A stretch of DNA of 64,000 nt, taken from contig CAWEPZ010000002.1 in NCBI GenBank assembly GCA_963811105.1, positions 192,001 through 256,000 on the forward strand, written 5' to 3'. The stretch is from Candidatus Bathyarchaeota archaeon. GTDB lineage: Archaea; Thermoproteota; Bathyarchaeia; Bathyarchaeales; Bathycorpusculaceae. The notes under the pieces were generated by a model. The model saw nothing but the letters and a program-made list of their open reading frames with translations. It was not told the DNA's origin and made no database searches. This document shows, piece by piece, positions 22,288 to 33,038 of this stretch (the stretch's first letter is position 1; every line of letters starts with the position of its first letter). The position numbers and the translations under genes were made by a program.

Positions 22288-22767
22288 TTGAGTGTTAAGG
22301 TCGGCGACAAAGCCCCAGACTTCAAGTTGCCATCACAAATGGGCGACGATGTGATGCTTTCAGAATTTTTCGATAAAAAAAATGTAGTTTTATATTTTTA
22401 CCCTAAAGATGAAACCCCCGGTTGCATCAAAGAGGCTTGCACGTTTAGAGACAGTTATGAAGAATTGGCGAATTTAGGTGCCGAGGTGCTTGGTGTTAGC
22501 GGTCAAAGTGTTGCGTCGCATAAATCTTTCGCAAGCCATTATGGTTTACCCTTCATCCTGTTAAGCGATGAGAATAACAAGGTTCGTAAACTGTATGGTG
22601 TTCCATCAACCATGGGTCTAATTCCTGGACGCGTAACCTACATTATTGATAAGAAAGGCATTGTCAGGCATATTTTCTCCTCGCAAGCGCAGTCGCAAAG
22701 GCACGTGGAAGAAGCGAAGAAAACGCTTCAGGAGCTTGAAAAAGAAGAGAAGGTTACCTCTGTTTAG
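22288..22767 (+). CDS. bcp: Peroxiredoxin Bcp/PrxQ
   Basis: VGDKAPDF, YFYPKDETPGCIKEAC, GRVTYIIDKKG. Confidence 0.92.
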   Translation: MSVKVGDKAPDFKLPSQMGDDVMLSEFFDKKNVVLYFYPKDETPGCIKEACTFRDSYEELANLGAEVLGVSGQSVASHKSFASHYGLPFILLSDENNKVRKLYGVPSTMGLIPGRVTYIIDKKGIVRHIFSSQAQSQRHVEEAKKTLQELEKEEKVTSV

Positions 22768-22786
22768 GTGAATAAGTCGGGTACGC

Positions 22787-24022
22787 ATGTTGAATTTATT
22801 TAATACTCTTACGCGAAAAATCGAGCCATTCAATCCAACTGAAGATATGGAAGTTAAAATGTACACTTGTGGTCCCTCGACTTATCAGCGAGCGCACATA
22901 GGGAATTACCGTACTTTTGCTTTCGAAGATATTCTTCAACGGTACTTGGAATACCTGGGCTATAGTGTTAAGCGGCTTATGACATTGACAGATGTGGAAG
23001 ACAAAGCAATAGCTCAGGCAAAAAAAGAAAAATTGACTGTTGAAGAATTAACGAGTAAAAACGAAGCCGCTTTCTTTAAAGATTTTGAACTTCTAAAAAT
23101 CAAGGCACCTGATTACCCCGTAAGAGCTTCCTCAGCTGTGGATCAATCAGCAAAACTAATCGCTCAACTTTTGAAGAAAGGATATGCGTACTGGTATACT
23201 TATGAGGGCGTGAAAAACGTTTACTTTGATCCCTTAAAATTCGGTGGTTTCGGGAAACTTGCTCATCTGGACTTGAGCAAATGGCCAAAAAAGAAGCGAC
23301 GTTTCCACAAAGACACATACCCAGGAACCCCATGGAACATGGGTGACTTCATTGTTTGGCATGGCTGCGGACAGGACAACGTGTGCTATCAAACGCCAAT
23401 TGGGAGCGGTAGGCCAGCATGGAACATTCAGGATGCAGCCATAGTGACTAAGCATCTCGGTTTTTCGATTGATGTTGGTTGTGGAGGAATTGACAATTTA
23501 GTTAGGCATCATGACTATACGCTTGCCATCTCTGAAGCTGTAAGTGGTAACCAGTTTTCGCGTTATTGGCTTCATGGCGGTCACCTGTTTGTGAACGGCA
23601 AAAAAATGTCCAAAAGCGCTGGCAACGTGTATTATCCAAGCGACTTATATACCAAGGGTTTTAGCGGTGTCCAGCTAAGATTCTTCCTCATTTATGGACC
23701 TTATAGAAACAAACTAAATTTCACATTTGAACGGCTTATCAAAACTAGTCAGAAGCTCGATTCCTTCAAACGCATGATTAAGGACTTGGAGGAACAGAAA
23801 TCAGAAGGTTCCAGTTCAGAGGCAAATAAGCTCGCCGAAACCATTCTTCCCGTCTTTGAAGCTGCAATGGATAACGATTTGGATGTAAAAACTGCTTTCG
23901 ATAACCTGTACGAAACAATCAGTGAAATACACAGAAAGCGTGAAACATTAAATTAAGAAAAATATAAAAAATGTAATGAATAATTTGCGCATGATTGATT
24001 CTGTATTTCAATGTATCTTCTG
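22787..24022 (+). CDS. Cysteinyl-tRNA synthetase-like class I paralog (short; +1 frameshift near 23954)
   Basis: MYTCGP, HIGN, TDVEDK, KMSKS; WHIEC and HHENE replaced by WNIQD and HHDYT; C-terminal helix continues in another frame to TGA at 24022. Confidence 0.8.
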
Positions 24023-24036
24023 ACAGTTTTATTTGC

Positions 24037-24276
24037 TTACGTTAAGTCGCCGACCAGTTTGACTCTCTTAAAATTTTCTTCTCTATGTGGAGCCATCTCT
24101 AATTCTTCGGTTAAGTCTTTGCCGGCTTCATGCATTCCCAAGTGGTCTCCATCAAGCCAAAAACTGCTCTGGGATACATCGTAGACTTTGCCTTTGTAGG
24201 CTAAGTAAGCTGGTTTACCGTTTTTTCCGTTATTTGTTTCAAGTTCTTGCCTTGTTACTTTTTTTATTTCAGTCAA
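24037..24276 (-). CDS. Cytochrome b5-like heme/steroid-binding protein
   Basis: NGKNGKPAYLAYKGKVYDVS, H..AGKDLT, APH. Confidence 0.88.
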   Translation of the reverse strand: MTEIKKVTRQELETNNGKNGKPAYLAYKGKVYDVSQSSFWLDGDHLGMHEAGKDLTEELEMAPHREENFKRVKLVGDLT

Positions 24277-24343
24277 AAAGATTCCTTCTCTACACTTAGG
24301 AAAGTTAGAAACTTGTATTTTAAATGGTTTACGGCTTAGTTAC

Positions 24344-25402
24344 TTATGCTGAGATGGTTGTTGATTGGTAAGAAGCGTTTATGTTGATTGAGCCGATGTT
24401 GGTTTTTAGGGTTATTATGAAGTTGCTTTCAGCTGGGTAGTTGTTTGATTGTATAGGTGACTTGTTTCCTGAAAAGTTGTTCACGTTGGTTCTTATTGAT
24501 CCAATGTCTGTTCTCGATTCGATTCTTGCTGCAACACCATCATCAATAATCATTGATAAGTCAACTGAACCAGTATTTGTAGAAGCGTTCATTTGCACGT
24601 TTCCTGGTAGCGTTTGTTTTTCATTTATGTCCATGTTTACTTTGCCCGTATTTGTTTGAAGGTTAAATGTACGGTTACCTTCCACGTTTGCTTGGTTCAT
24701 GCTAAACATGACGACTCCCGTTGAAGTTTTAAGTGATATGTCACCTTCAATTACGGTTCCATTTTGCAGGTCTGCTTGTACTTCGCCTGTGTTGGATTTG
24801 AGGTTTAAGGATTCAAAGGTTGCATGTTGAGTTTCATTTAGCTTGATTAAACCAGTTTGCGTAGTTATGTTAAGGTTCAGAAGCATTGATGGGTTCAGAT
24901 AAATGTCGCAGATTACTCTCTGTGCCCTTGTGAAACGGTCAGTTATGGCGATCTTCGCGTTAACTGTTAACACTTTTCCCAATGTTTCATTAGTGAAGCT
25001 TATTTGGACTGGATTTTTTGAGCCGAAAATACCTGTTGAAACATTGCCAGATGTATACATAACGATTGTTCTATCACTTACGTTTTGAGCAATAATATTT
25101 ACTTGGGCAATGTCAGCGTAAAAATTTAGATTTAGAGTCTTAACGTTTGGCTGATTTATTTCATTTGTTTGCCCTAAATTTACTACATTAATTGGAGCAA
25201 AAATTAAAATGCTGATAATTACTGCTGAAATTAATATGGCAACCAGGACGATGCCCGCTATAACGAGTGGTTCACTTCTCATTGGTCTGTGCGCTGGAGG
25301 CGGTGCAGGCGGATAGGTGTAAGTGGCAACTGGTGTTCCGCAGTTAGGGCAGAACTGTGCGTTTTCTTCAAGTTTAGTTCCGCATTTTCGACAATAAGGC
25401 AA
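24344..25402 (-). CDS. Zinc-ribbon membrane protein with DUF4097/adhesin beta-strand repeats
   Basis: CRKCG..FCPNCG, TM helix, repeated xTNTGxV motifs. Confidence 0.8.
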   Translation of the reverse strand: MPYCRKCGTKLEENAQFCPNCGTPVATYTYPPAPPPAHRPMRSEPLVIAGIVLVAILISAVIISILIFAPINVVNLGQTNEINQPNVKTLNLNFYADIAQVNIIAQNVSDRTIVMYTSGNVSTGIFGSKNPVQISFTNETLGKVLTVNAKIAITDRFTRAQRVICDIYLNPSMLLNLNITTQTGLIKLNETQHATFESLNLKSNTGEVQADLQNGTVIEGDISLKTSTGVVMFSMNQANVEGNRTFNLQTNTGKVNMDINEKQTLPGNVQMNASTNTGSVDLSMIIDDGVAARIESRTDIGSIRTNVNNFSGNKSPIQSNNYPAESNFIITLKTNIGSININASYQSTTISA

Positions 25403-25527
25403 CTGTGAAACCTCAAATACGGGTATTGTATGTTGGAAAATTTAAGCGTTACCGCGAAATCCAATCTTTAACTATTGTTATAGCAATTTTAATAAGGTCG
25501 GCACTAAACGATTTGTTGGAGATACGT

Positions 25528-27228
25528 TTGCCTGAAAAAGTTTTAGTTACATCCGCTTGGCCATACATTAACGTCACGCCTCACCTCGGTAACCTTGTCG
25601 GCTCAGTTCTATCAGCCGACGTAGCAGCCCGATATTACAGGCTAAAAGGTGATGATGTTTTGATGGTTAGCGGTTCGGATACGCATGGTACACCTATCGA
25701 GGTGGAAGCAATAAGGCAAGGCATAAGACCTAAAGAATTAACGGATCGTAACCACGCTCGCGTGGCCGAGCTTTTCCGTAGATGGGCCGCTTCCTTTGAC
25801 AATTATACCAGCACCGAAAGCCCCATACACAAGGAATTTGTTCAAAAAACCCTGCTTGAAATTCAAAAGAACGGCTACCTCTTCGAGCAAGACACACAGA
25901 TGCTTTACTGTGAGCATGACCAGCGATTTTTGCCCGATCGATTCGTGGAAGGCAAATGCCCCTACTGCGGCTGCGAAAAAGCCCGAGGCGACCAATGCGA
26001 TATATGTGGAAGGCTTCTGGAACCAACAATGCTTATTGAGCCTTATTGCGTAATCTGCAAAAATAAGCCCACAGTAAAGACTACTCGTCACTGGTACATA
26101 GATCTCTCAAAACTCTCTGACCCTTTAACAGAATACCTAAAGAACAATCAGCAGTTGCCGGTTAATGTCAAAAATTTCAGCTTAAACTGGATAAAAGAAG
26201 GCTTAAAACCAAGGGCCGTCACCCGTGATGTAGAATGGGGCATTCCAGCACCTTTCCCTGGTGCAGAGGGCAAAACTATCTACGTTTGGGTAGACGCCGT
26301 CTTAGGTTACATTTCCGCCACCATTGAGCAATCAGAGCGCATGGGGCAGCCGGAGATGTGGCGTGAGTTCTGGTTTAACAGGGAAGCCAAAACCCTCTAT
26401 TTCGTGGGAAAAGACAACATCCCATTCCATACTATAATCCTCCCAGCTCTGTTGTTGGCTTCAGGCCAAGGCTATAACTTGCCATGGAACGTTTCCGCTA
26501 CCGAATTTCTCCAGTTCAAAGGGCAAAAAGCGTCAAAAAGCCAAAGAGTCGGCATTTGGATAGATGAAGCTCTCGAAATGTTTCCCGTAGATTACTGGCG
26601 CTTCTTCCTCATTGCTACAAGACCTGAAAGCAAAGACACCAACTTTACGTGGGCCCTCTTTACAGACAAAATTAATGCTGACCTAAATGACACCTTTGGC
26701 AACTTTATCCACCGCACCCTCAGCTTCATAACTTCAAAATTCGATGGCGCAATTCCTCAGCCGACAAAGTTGGATAAGGATGATGAAGCAATACTTCAAG
26801 CATTAAAGGCGAAGGTTGAACAAGCTGCCAAAGAAATAGAAGATTCATGGTTGCAATCTGCTGCAAACACGCTCATTTCGATAAGTCGTCTTGGTAACCA
26901 ATACCTCAATACTAAGGAACCATGGAATCTCATGAAAACTGACAAAGAAAAAGCAGGCACAATATTTTACGTTGCCGCACAAGTAGTCAAAGCGATCACA
27001 GTGGTCTCTTCGCCCTTCATTCCACAGACGGCTGAACAATTATGGCAAACACTGCAGCTACCTGGAAGCGTGGAAAAAAAGAGTTGGGCAGAAGCTTTGA
27101 TGCCGCTTGAGGCAGGGCACAAAATAGCCAAGCCAAAACCGCTCTTCCACAAAATAGAAGCTGATGAGGCAAAACTAGACGAGCAGTTAGCAGAAATCAG
27201 AGCAAAACTAGGAACCCAACCAAAATAG
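25528..27228 (+). CDS. metG: Methionyl-tRNA synthetase
   Basis: TSAWPYIN, HLGN, SGSDTHG, zinc knuckles, YVWVDA, GKDNIPFH, KASKS. Confidence 0.97.
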   Translation: MPEKVLVTSAWPYINVTPHLGNLVGSVLSADVAARYYRLKGDDVLMVSGSDTHGTPIEVEAIRQGIRPKELTDRNHARVAELFRRWAASFDNYTSTESPIHKEFVQKTLLEIQKNGYLFEQDTQMLYCEHDQRFLPDRFVEGKCPYCGCEKARGDQCDICGRLLEPTMLIEPYCVICKNKPTVKTTRHWYIDLSKLSDPLTEYLKNNQQLPVNVKNFSLNWIKEGLKPRAVTRDVEWGIPAPFPGAEGKTIYVWVDAVLGYISATIEQSERMGQPEMWREFWFNREAKTLYFVGKDNIPFHTIILPALLLASGQGYNLPWNVSATEFLQFKGQKASKSQRVGIWIDEALEMFPVDYWRFFLIATRPESKDTNFTWALFTDKINADLNDTFGNFIHRTLSFITSKFDGAIPQPTKLDKDDEAILQALKAKVEQAAKEIEDSWLQSAANTLISISRLGNQYLNTKEPWNLMKTDKEKAGTIFYVAAQVVKAITVVSSPFIPQTAEQLWQTLQLPGSVEKKSWAEALMPLEAGHKIAKPKPLFHKIEADEAKLDEQLAEIRAKLGTQPK

Positions 27229-27238
27229 CCGAGGTTAA

Positions 27239-27360
27239 TTAATGCAGATCAATGCCGACCTCCTTCTTCTCTTCAGTCACACCATTCATTCCCCATACTC
27301 CACAGACTTTTTCCATACGTCTGCCGTATCCGCTGTCTTATCAAGCCTACCAATATTGAC
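27239..27360 (-). pseudogene. Possible 5' relic of an IS110-family transposase
   Basis: Minus strand 27289-27239 encodes MNGVTEEKKEVGIDLH*, matching the vGIDxH first strand of IS110 DEDD domains. Confidence 0.45.
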
Positions 27361-27383
27361 AAAATAAAAGTATTTTTTTTATG

Positions 27384-27453
27384 GAAGGCATCGAAAAACC
27401 GCCAAGCAAATCGGTCAAGAAAATTTGACTAAAACCATTCAAGAATGCTTGAC
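27384..27453 (+). repeat. Orphan RRHRKT tail followed by repeat family A site (8-bp spacer)
   Basis: GAAGGCATCGAAAAACCGCC then GTCAAGAAAATTTGAC-TAAAACCA-TTCAAGAATGCTTGAC (27414-27453). Confidence 0.8.
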
Positions 27454-27584
27454 TGCATCAAAAGTTAATGCCCTTCAAGTAAAAGTTGGACAGGTTAGAG
27501 TTTGAAAGCTCTGGATTTTTATGCTGGAAAACTAGGAATTCTAGATATTAGCAAATCTTTAGAAAATCAGGAATAATAATGATT

Positions 27585-28284
27585 TCAAGGATAGCTTATT
27601 ACATAAACTTTGGTTGCTGTTTCTAAAACAAGTTTGGTATTTACAATTTCAAGGAACGGTATATTTTTCTGAATGTTTGGGATATGAATTTCTTGCAAGT
27701 AAATTTTGCCAATGAGATCCATTTTTCTTTCAATACCCTCACCAGTTAATCTTATGAAAATATTTAGCATGGGCTTAATTGATTTTATTCTAAGAGCTAG
27801 AAGCGTTTTTTGGAATCGAATAGATTCTTGAAAAAACAATGTCGTTTCTTGATAGCTCTTTGACTGTTATAGCTACTCCATTTTCCGAATTCATTTTTTG
27901 ATCTATGTTATATATCACGTTTTGACGTTTCGATAGTTCATTAACGTAATCAAAGGTTAGCTCGTAAGGGCAAAACCAACTTGGGGGATCTCCAACTAGC
28001 AGTTTCTTTTTCGCAACTCTTGATTTATCTTCATTCAACCAATCATATCGGTTAGAATTACAATACACTTTCGCATTATCTATATCCTTTCCTTGTTCTA
28101 AATCTAAACCAAAATATATGACCGTCAAATTTCGCACTGGTGTCTTAATGATTGTTTCGACTGAGGGAAGTATTTCAAACCTCAGTCTTTTCCGATAGTC
28201 GTTTATATAATCAGCAACAACTTTGGACAATAACCCGACCAGAAAGCTCGAGAGTGCAGTAAGCGCAAATTCCAAACTAGACAT
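27585..28284 (-). pseudogene. Hypothetical membrane-anchored protein split by a frameshift in an A-run near 27810
   Basis: ORFs 27790-28284 and 27585-27839 join if one A is removed (IPKTLLAL...). Confidence 0.5.
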
Positions 28285-28607
28285 ATAGGACTTGTTGTTT
28301 AGAATTACTATTAAGAGTTTGTTGAAACCCCTTTTTAATTTGAAAAAAAATTTACTTAATATTCAACAATAAAACTTGCACATAAGAAGAACAAATGTTT
28401 GTGTGCTTTGACTTTTCTGCACAAACCCTCTTTTTCGAGTCTTCATGTGTAGAATAATCAATGTAAAGTTGGTCAAGAAAGGAGCCTGTGTGAGAACTCG
28501 GTTAGTTTTCAAAAGATTGCTAACTTGCTGTTAAATAGAAAGGCTGACAAGGGTTATTATTGACTTGATGATAGTAACTTTCCAACGATAAGTTGACTTT
28601 TTGCATA

Positions 28608-28661
28608 GTCTCAAAGTTTGACTAACCCCAGTCAAGAATTCTTGTCGATAAACCTTTTATT
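28608..28661 (+). repeat. Repeat family A site plus TATA box
   Basis: GTCTCAAAGTTTGAC-TAACCCCA-GTCAAGAATTCTTGTC, then CTTTTATT 23 nt before ATG 28685. Confidence 0.8.
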
Positions 28662-28684
28662 GCCAATGCATGGCAAGAATAAGT

Positions 28685-30217
28685 ATGGGATATTTACGTA
28701 AGAGTTTAGCTTTAATGCTTATAATTTTATTTGTCACCCCACTGATTACTTTTCAATCTATAAATGTTAAAGCTGAATCCTCAAAAACAATATTTGTACC
28801 AGATGATTTTTCTACTATCACATTAGCGATAGGAAATGCTTCAAATGGTGACTTAATTTTTGTTAAAAAGGGAATATATGAGGAGCATTCTCTAACTATT
28901 AACAAAAGCATCACAGTTATTGGAGAAAATAGCGATAACACGATAATTAAAGACATAGACCAGCCAACTCAGTTTTTTGACTCTTCTCTATTTATCGGAC
29001 CTACTGCAATAAGCATAAGTGCCGATTACGTAAGGATTTCAGGTCTGACTATTTTAAGTAATGGAACTGCTATTGGTGGCGGCGGCTTCAAAACTTTGAT
29101 AACTGATAACAAATTAGATAGCATTAACTTAGACAAGGGGTCTTATCAAACTATTGCAGATAACATTGTTTCATCAATTAATTGTAGAGTCCCTTTTACT
29201 TACATTGTTAATAATACTCTAAAGGCTTCATACAGTGTAATAACCATACAAACCCCAAGCAATGATAACGTGATATACAATAACAAAGTAAAGGGTGTCA
29301 ATACAACCAGCAACTTAGATGTAGCTGGCATTAATGGGATTTATGTGTCCGATTCAAGCAACAACCTCATAGCTGAGAATGTTATTTCAAATGGTGGAGT
29401 CGGTATTCTTATTGATTTGTCAAGTTCGTCAAATAATGTTGTCGCCAACACAGTCTTCAATGGATTTGTTGGCTTAGCGGCAATCCGTGAAAGCAGACAT
29501 AACGTGTTTTATGCAAATACCGTTGAAAATAACACCTCTGCCATCTCAATCGCAGGTTCAGGAAATCTATTCTATGACAATAATTTACTAAATAATTCAA
29601 AATTACTAGAAGATGCAAACAAGATTGTAGGTCCTAATCCATCGACTTCTAACACATTTTGGAATAATGGGAATCAAGGTAATTTTTGGAGTGACTACAT
29701 AACAAAATATCCAGAATCAGTAGAAATTGACAAGAGAGGCATAGGCAATACCCCTTATGTGATAGATGCAAACAATGTAGACAAATATCCGTTATTTTCC
29801 CAATTTGACCAAGAAGCAATAATTAGTTTTCCTCAATGGCTTCCGCCCTTAATCAGCATTGCATCCCCTGAATACCAAAAATACAACGAAGACAAAATTA
29901 ATGTGATATTTACAGTAAACAAATTCTCTTCATTAAGTTATAACGTTGATTGGAAAGAAAACGTTAGCATTGCAGGCAACACAACCGTTGAAAATATGAC
30001 AAACGGTTTGCATAGTATTACCCTGAATGCGAATGATACCTTTGGTAATACTTTCAGTAAAACAATCATCTTCACGGTTGAAAAATCACTGGTAGAAAAC
30101 TTGGGTAATGGTCTGATAATCACAACGATAATAATTCCAGTACCCATATTACTTTTAGCAGTCGGTCTACTGCTTTTCAGAAGGCATCGAAAAACCGCTT
30201 CCAAGCCAAAAGTATAA
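28685..30217 (+). CDS. NosD/right-handed beta-helix surface protein with RRHRKT anchor
   Basis: Signal peptide, VPDDFSTI start, Asn ladders, GNFWSDY, DKYPL, Ig-like domain, TM plus FRRHRKTA. Confidence 0.85.
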   Translation: MGYLRKSLALMLIILFVTPLITFQSINVKAESSKTIFVPDDFSTITLAIGNASNGDLIFVKKGIYEEHSLTINKSITVIGENSDNTIIKDIDQPTQFFDSSLFIGPTAISISADYVRISGLTILSNGTAIGGGGFKTLITDNKLDSINLDKGSYQTIADNIVSSINCRVPFTYIVNNTLKASYSVITIQTPSNDNVIYNNKVKGVNTTSNLDVAGINGIYVSDSSNNLIAENVISNGGVGILIDLSSSSNNVVANTVFNGFVGLAAIRESRHNVFYANTVENNTSAISIAGSGNLFYDNNLLNNSKLLEDANKIVGPNPSTSNTFWNNGNQGNFWSDYITKYPESVEIDKRGIGNTPYVIDANNVDKYPLFSQFDQEAIISFPQWLPPLISIASPEYQKYNEDKINVIFTVNKFSSLSYNVDWKENVSIAGNTTVENMTNGLHSITLNANDTFGNTFSKTIIFTVEKSLVENLGNGLIITTIIIPVPILLLAVGLLLFRRHRKTASKPKV

Positions 30218-30257
30218 ACCTAGATTTAGATGAAAAGCTTGATAAACTTAACTTTAC
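30213..30257 (+). repeat. Repeat family B copy overlapping the stop codon of an RRHRKT gene
   Basis: TATAAACCTAGATTTAGATGAAAAGCTTGATAAACTTAACTTTAC. Confidence 0.85.
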
Positions 30258-30276
30258 CTTAGCTTCAGGCTTTGAT

Positions 30277-30524
30277 TTAATTAATTCCAAACGTCATAAA
30301 ACTCTTGCTTGATTGTCGGCTCCACTCGGCAGCGACAAATTGACTCTTTTGTAAAAGGTCGATGAGTTCCTTTTCATAATCTGTTGGCTCCACACCTAGG
30401 ATCTGACGAAAAAACTCAAGCGGATCTGTCTTAAGCGTTTCAACCTTGCTGAGCCTATCCGTCTGTAAAGAGTCAATGTCCTCGCGTGTCTTAGCACGGG
30501 TGTCAATGAAGTTATTTGGCTTGA
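30277..30524 (-). pseudogene. Truncated terminase large-subunit-like N-terminus (provirus relic)
   Basis: Hand translation: DPLEFFRQILGVEPTDYEKELIDLLQKSQFVAAEWSRQSSKS, a degenerate terminase RQxGKS Walker A, followed by a stop. Confidence 0.65.
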
Positions 30525-30970
30525 GGGTTCGTGGATTTTTTTGTAAGGTCCGAATACTTCTCCCTCCATTCTAACAATTCAGCCTCAAGACCCCGATAAT
30601 CAACGTACTCTGCCACGAGATCCTGATACACTTTCACGCCCATAATGATGGTGCGTAAACGCAAAACATCAAGTTTATTTAGTTTTAGTTTGCCCGTTTC
30701 AAGCTGCTGCAGGGCTGCAACTAAGGTCTTGAGTTCTTCCTCAACTGAAGGTAACTCATCGGGCAAAACTAACTTCTCAAGGGTAGATGATGATGGCGTG
30801 TTATTTTCACTCCGATCATCATCTTCTAAGCCTAAGCGCGATCTCTTCATCCGTACGGAAGTAAGGCTTTTGCCCAGAATCTTTGCGATTGATCGCGTGG
30901 ACTTTTTTTCTGTTACGAGCTGTCGAAGTTGCCGTTCCTCTTCAACGGTCCAAGGTTTGCCCTTCGCCAT
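30512..30970 (-). CDS. HTH plus helical protein, putative terminase small subunit
   Basis: MAKGKPWTVEEERQL..IAKILGKS HTH; overlaps the terminase-like relic; paralog at 60873-61196. Confidence 0.6.
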   Translation of the reverse strand: MAKGKPWTVEEERQLRQLVTEKKSTRSIAKILGKSLTSVRMKRSRLGLEDDDRSENNTPSSSTLEKLVLPDELPSVEEELKTLVAALQQLETGKLKLNKLDVLRLRTIIMGVKVYQDLVAEYVDYRGLEAELLEWREKYSDLTKKSTNPQAK

Positions 30971-31398
30971 TAAGATCTTCCTGTCCTGCTGCAGACGTCT
31001 CAAGCTACTGGTTTTCCGCTGATAATTCTGTTCCACCTGTTCCAAGTGTTCCAGACTTTCTGAGCTATTGTTTTAAGATTTTTCCCACAAATAACCCGAT
31101 TATGATTCCGGTTAGGCCTGTAATGGTTGCACCAATCAACTGAAAGGGCATTTAGATAGATGGACAAAATAAGTGGAAAACACTAATACAGAACGCTTGC
31201 AAAAAGGAAGTAGAAACTAGACTGTGGGTGTGTCGATACAGTCACATATTTTCTTAAAACTACATTACATTAGACTACAGCATGTCGAAGGGAACTTGGG
31301 AATAGTTTTATCTACTGGCGATGGGTGAATCTATATTCCTGAGTACTTAAGCTTATAAAGGCATATCTTGACACATAAGACATTGGGAATAAGCGAAA

Positions 31399-31620
31399 AT
31401 GAGTCCCAGAAGCCAAAAAAGGCACAGTAAAGCCTTTAAACAAACGGCAAGATATAGAAGCGAAAAGGTGCTAAATGTGAAGCCTTATCCTATTCCAGAT
31501 CTTGAAGGGCAACCTGCCCGCGTCTTTGAAGAAAAGATTAGGAAACCCCCTACTCCTACTCAGAAACGAATCATGCAGGAAGCATCTGTCGTTTTTAGCC
31601 AAACCAAAAGACGGGAGTAA
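31399..31620 (+). CDS. Small putative antitoxin upstream of a GNAT toxin
   Basis: PIPDLEGQPARVFEEKIRKPPT short motif; 30 nt upstream of the GNAT gene. Confidence 0.5.
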   Translation: MSPRSQKRHSKAFKQTARYRSEKVLNVKPYPIPDLEGQPARVFEEKIRKPPTPTQKRIMQEASVVFSQTKRRE

Positions 31621-31650
31621 GGAACTTAAGTAAGCAACAAGAGCCCAAGA

Positions 31651-32184
31651 ATGTCCCCTACGAAGTTTGCGCCTAATGATTTTTCAGTCAAAAAACTTGA
31701 TGCACAAACAGATCTTGCAGGGTTTGATTGCAGTGAGAATGATAATTTAGGTTTGGACGAGTTTATCCATAAAGAGGCTTTAGATTACCAAAAAGAAAGC
31801 ATGGGTATCACCTATCTGTTTTACAATAGTGATAAAATTGCTGGATACATAACAGTCGCCATGGGCTCTATCGGCTTAAAAATGACCACACTGCGTTTGG
31901 ACATTTTTGGCGACAAAATTCGATATCCAGCGGTTTTGCTGGGAAGACTGGCGGTGCAGAACGGACTTAGGCGACGCGCTGTTGGAAAATGCATGACCCT
32001 ATGGTGCATTGGCTTAGCACAAAGAATGTCTGCGGAAATAGGGTGTCGTTTCATAGTTTTAGTTACAAAAGGTGAATCTCGAGTAAAGTTTTATAATGAA
32101 TGCGGTTTCCAAGAAACCTCGATTGACCAAAAGAAAAAGAGTAGTGAAGAAGAAATGAAGATGATGTACTTCCAATTGTTTTAA
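31651..32184 (+). CDS. GNAT acetyltransferase (AtaT/TacT-like toxin)
   Basis: FDCS..LDEFI, PAVLLGRLAV..RRRAVG, GCRFIVL, FYNECGF. Confidence 0.85.
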   Translation: MSPTKFAPNDFSVKKLDAQTDLAGFDCSENDNLGLDEFIHKEALDYQKESMGITYLFYNSDKIAGYITVAMGSIGLKMTTLRLDIFGDKIRYPAVLLGRLAVQNGLRRRAVGKCMTLWCIGLAQRMSAEIGCRFIVLVTKGESRVKFYNECGFQETSIDQKKKSSEEEMKMMYFQLF

Positions 32185-32551
32185 ACTCCATTATTATAGC
32201 CAGAACATAAAGAGTAAGAAATTACTAAGCCCTAAGGCTGGTGCTCTAAAGGGCACCCTCCTTGCACCTAAGACTCTGTTTTTGCAATAAACAGCAAGCA
32301 GCAACTAAAGTATTAAAAAATGAGAATTTCTATGCTTTATATCTCAACATTTAAACCTAGGGTATGTGTTCCAATTTTTCTTAGTGGGCTATGGTCTTCA
32401 TCTCCTATGTCGCGAAAAGCGTTATTACCCAAAATCCCAGGTCCCGAATTCTCAGCAAAAAACCCCTACAATAGTATGTTCCTTATAGGGTATGTACGAT
32501 TAAGTAGCATCAAAATTAGATAGAATCTTATTATGGAATTGGACAAATCTA

Positions 32552-32779
32552 ATGCAGTACCCTTCTGCGGTCTTAACGACAAGTAAGGGTTTTGCTGTAG
32601 CATCATCAGTAGGCCGAAGTGTTCATTTTGAATCCTATACATTAACTTCCCAACAATCTTCAAATCCTTCTCCCTCCGTTCCAGAGTTTTCTTGGTTGGT
32701 TATTATACCGCTAATGGTTTCAATACTCTTCTATGCTTTGATACTCAGTCAACAAAGACCCACTAAACCAAAACAATAG
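32552..32779 (+). pseudogene. Decayed gene retaining a PEF-type sorting tail
   Basis: SNPSPSVPEFSWLVIIPLMVSILFYALILSQQRPTK; no intact passenger domain upstream. Confidence 0.65.
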
Positions 32780-33038
32780 ACCTTTTCACACGGCAAGGTG
32801 TATCCACTCTCTAACATGAGTTACTAAATTTTAATAAGAAACTTAAAACAAAATAGGTATTTGACTGAAAATGGCAAGGAAACTTTCTAAAGCAGACATA
32901 GCTTTGATTTTTTTTACAGCTATCCTCTTGTTGTCCGTTTATGCCCAAATACAGTATCAAACACATATGTGGTCAGATACCGAACCTTCCTATGCCATTG
33001 ATGCTGACAAATTAACTGAGAAACCAGTAAAGTATTTT

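Noticed and set aside
923-27152. Many short antisense or overlapping ORFs within core genes
   Set aside because: Shadow frames of confidently assigned genes, with no independent motifs.
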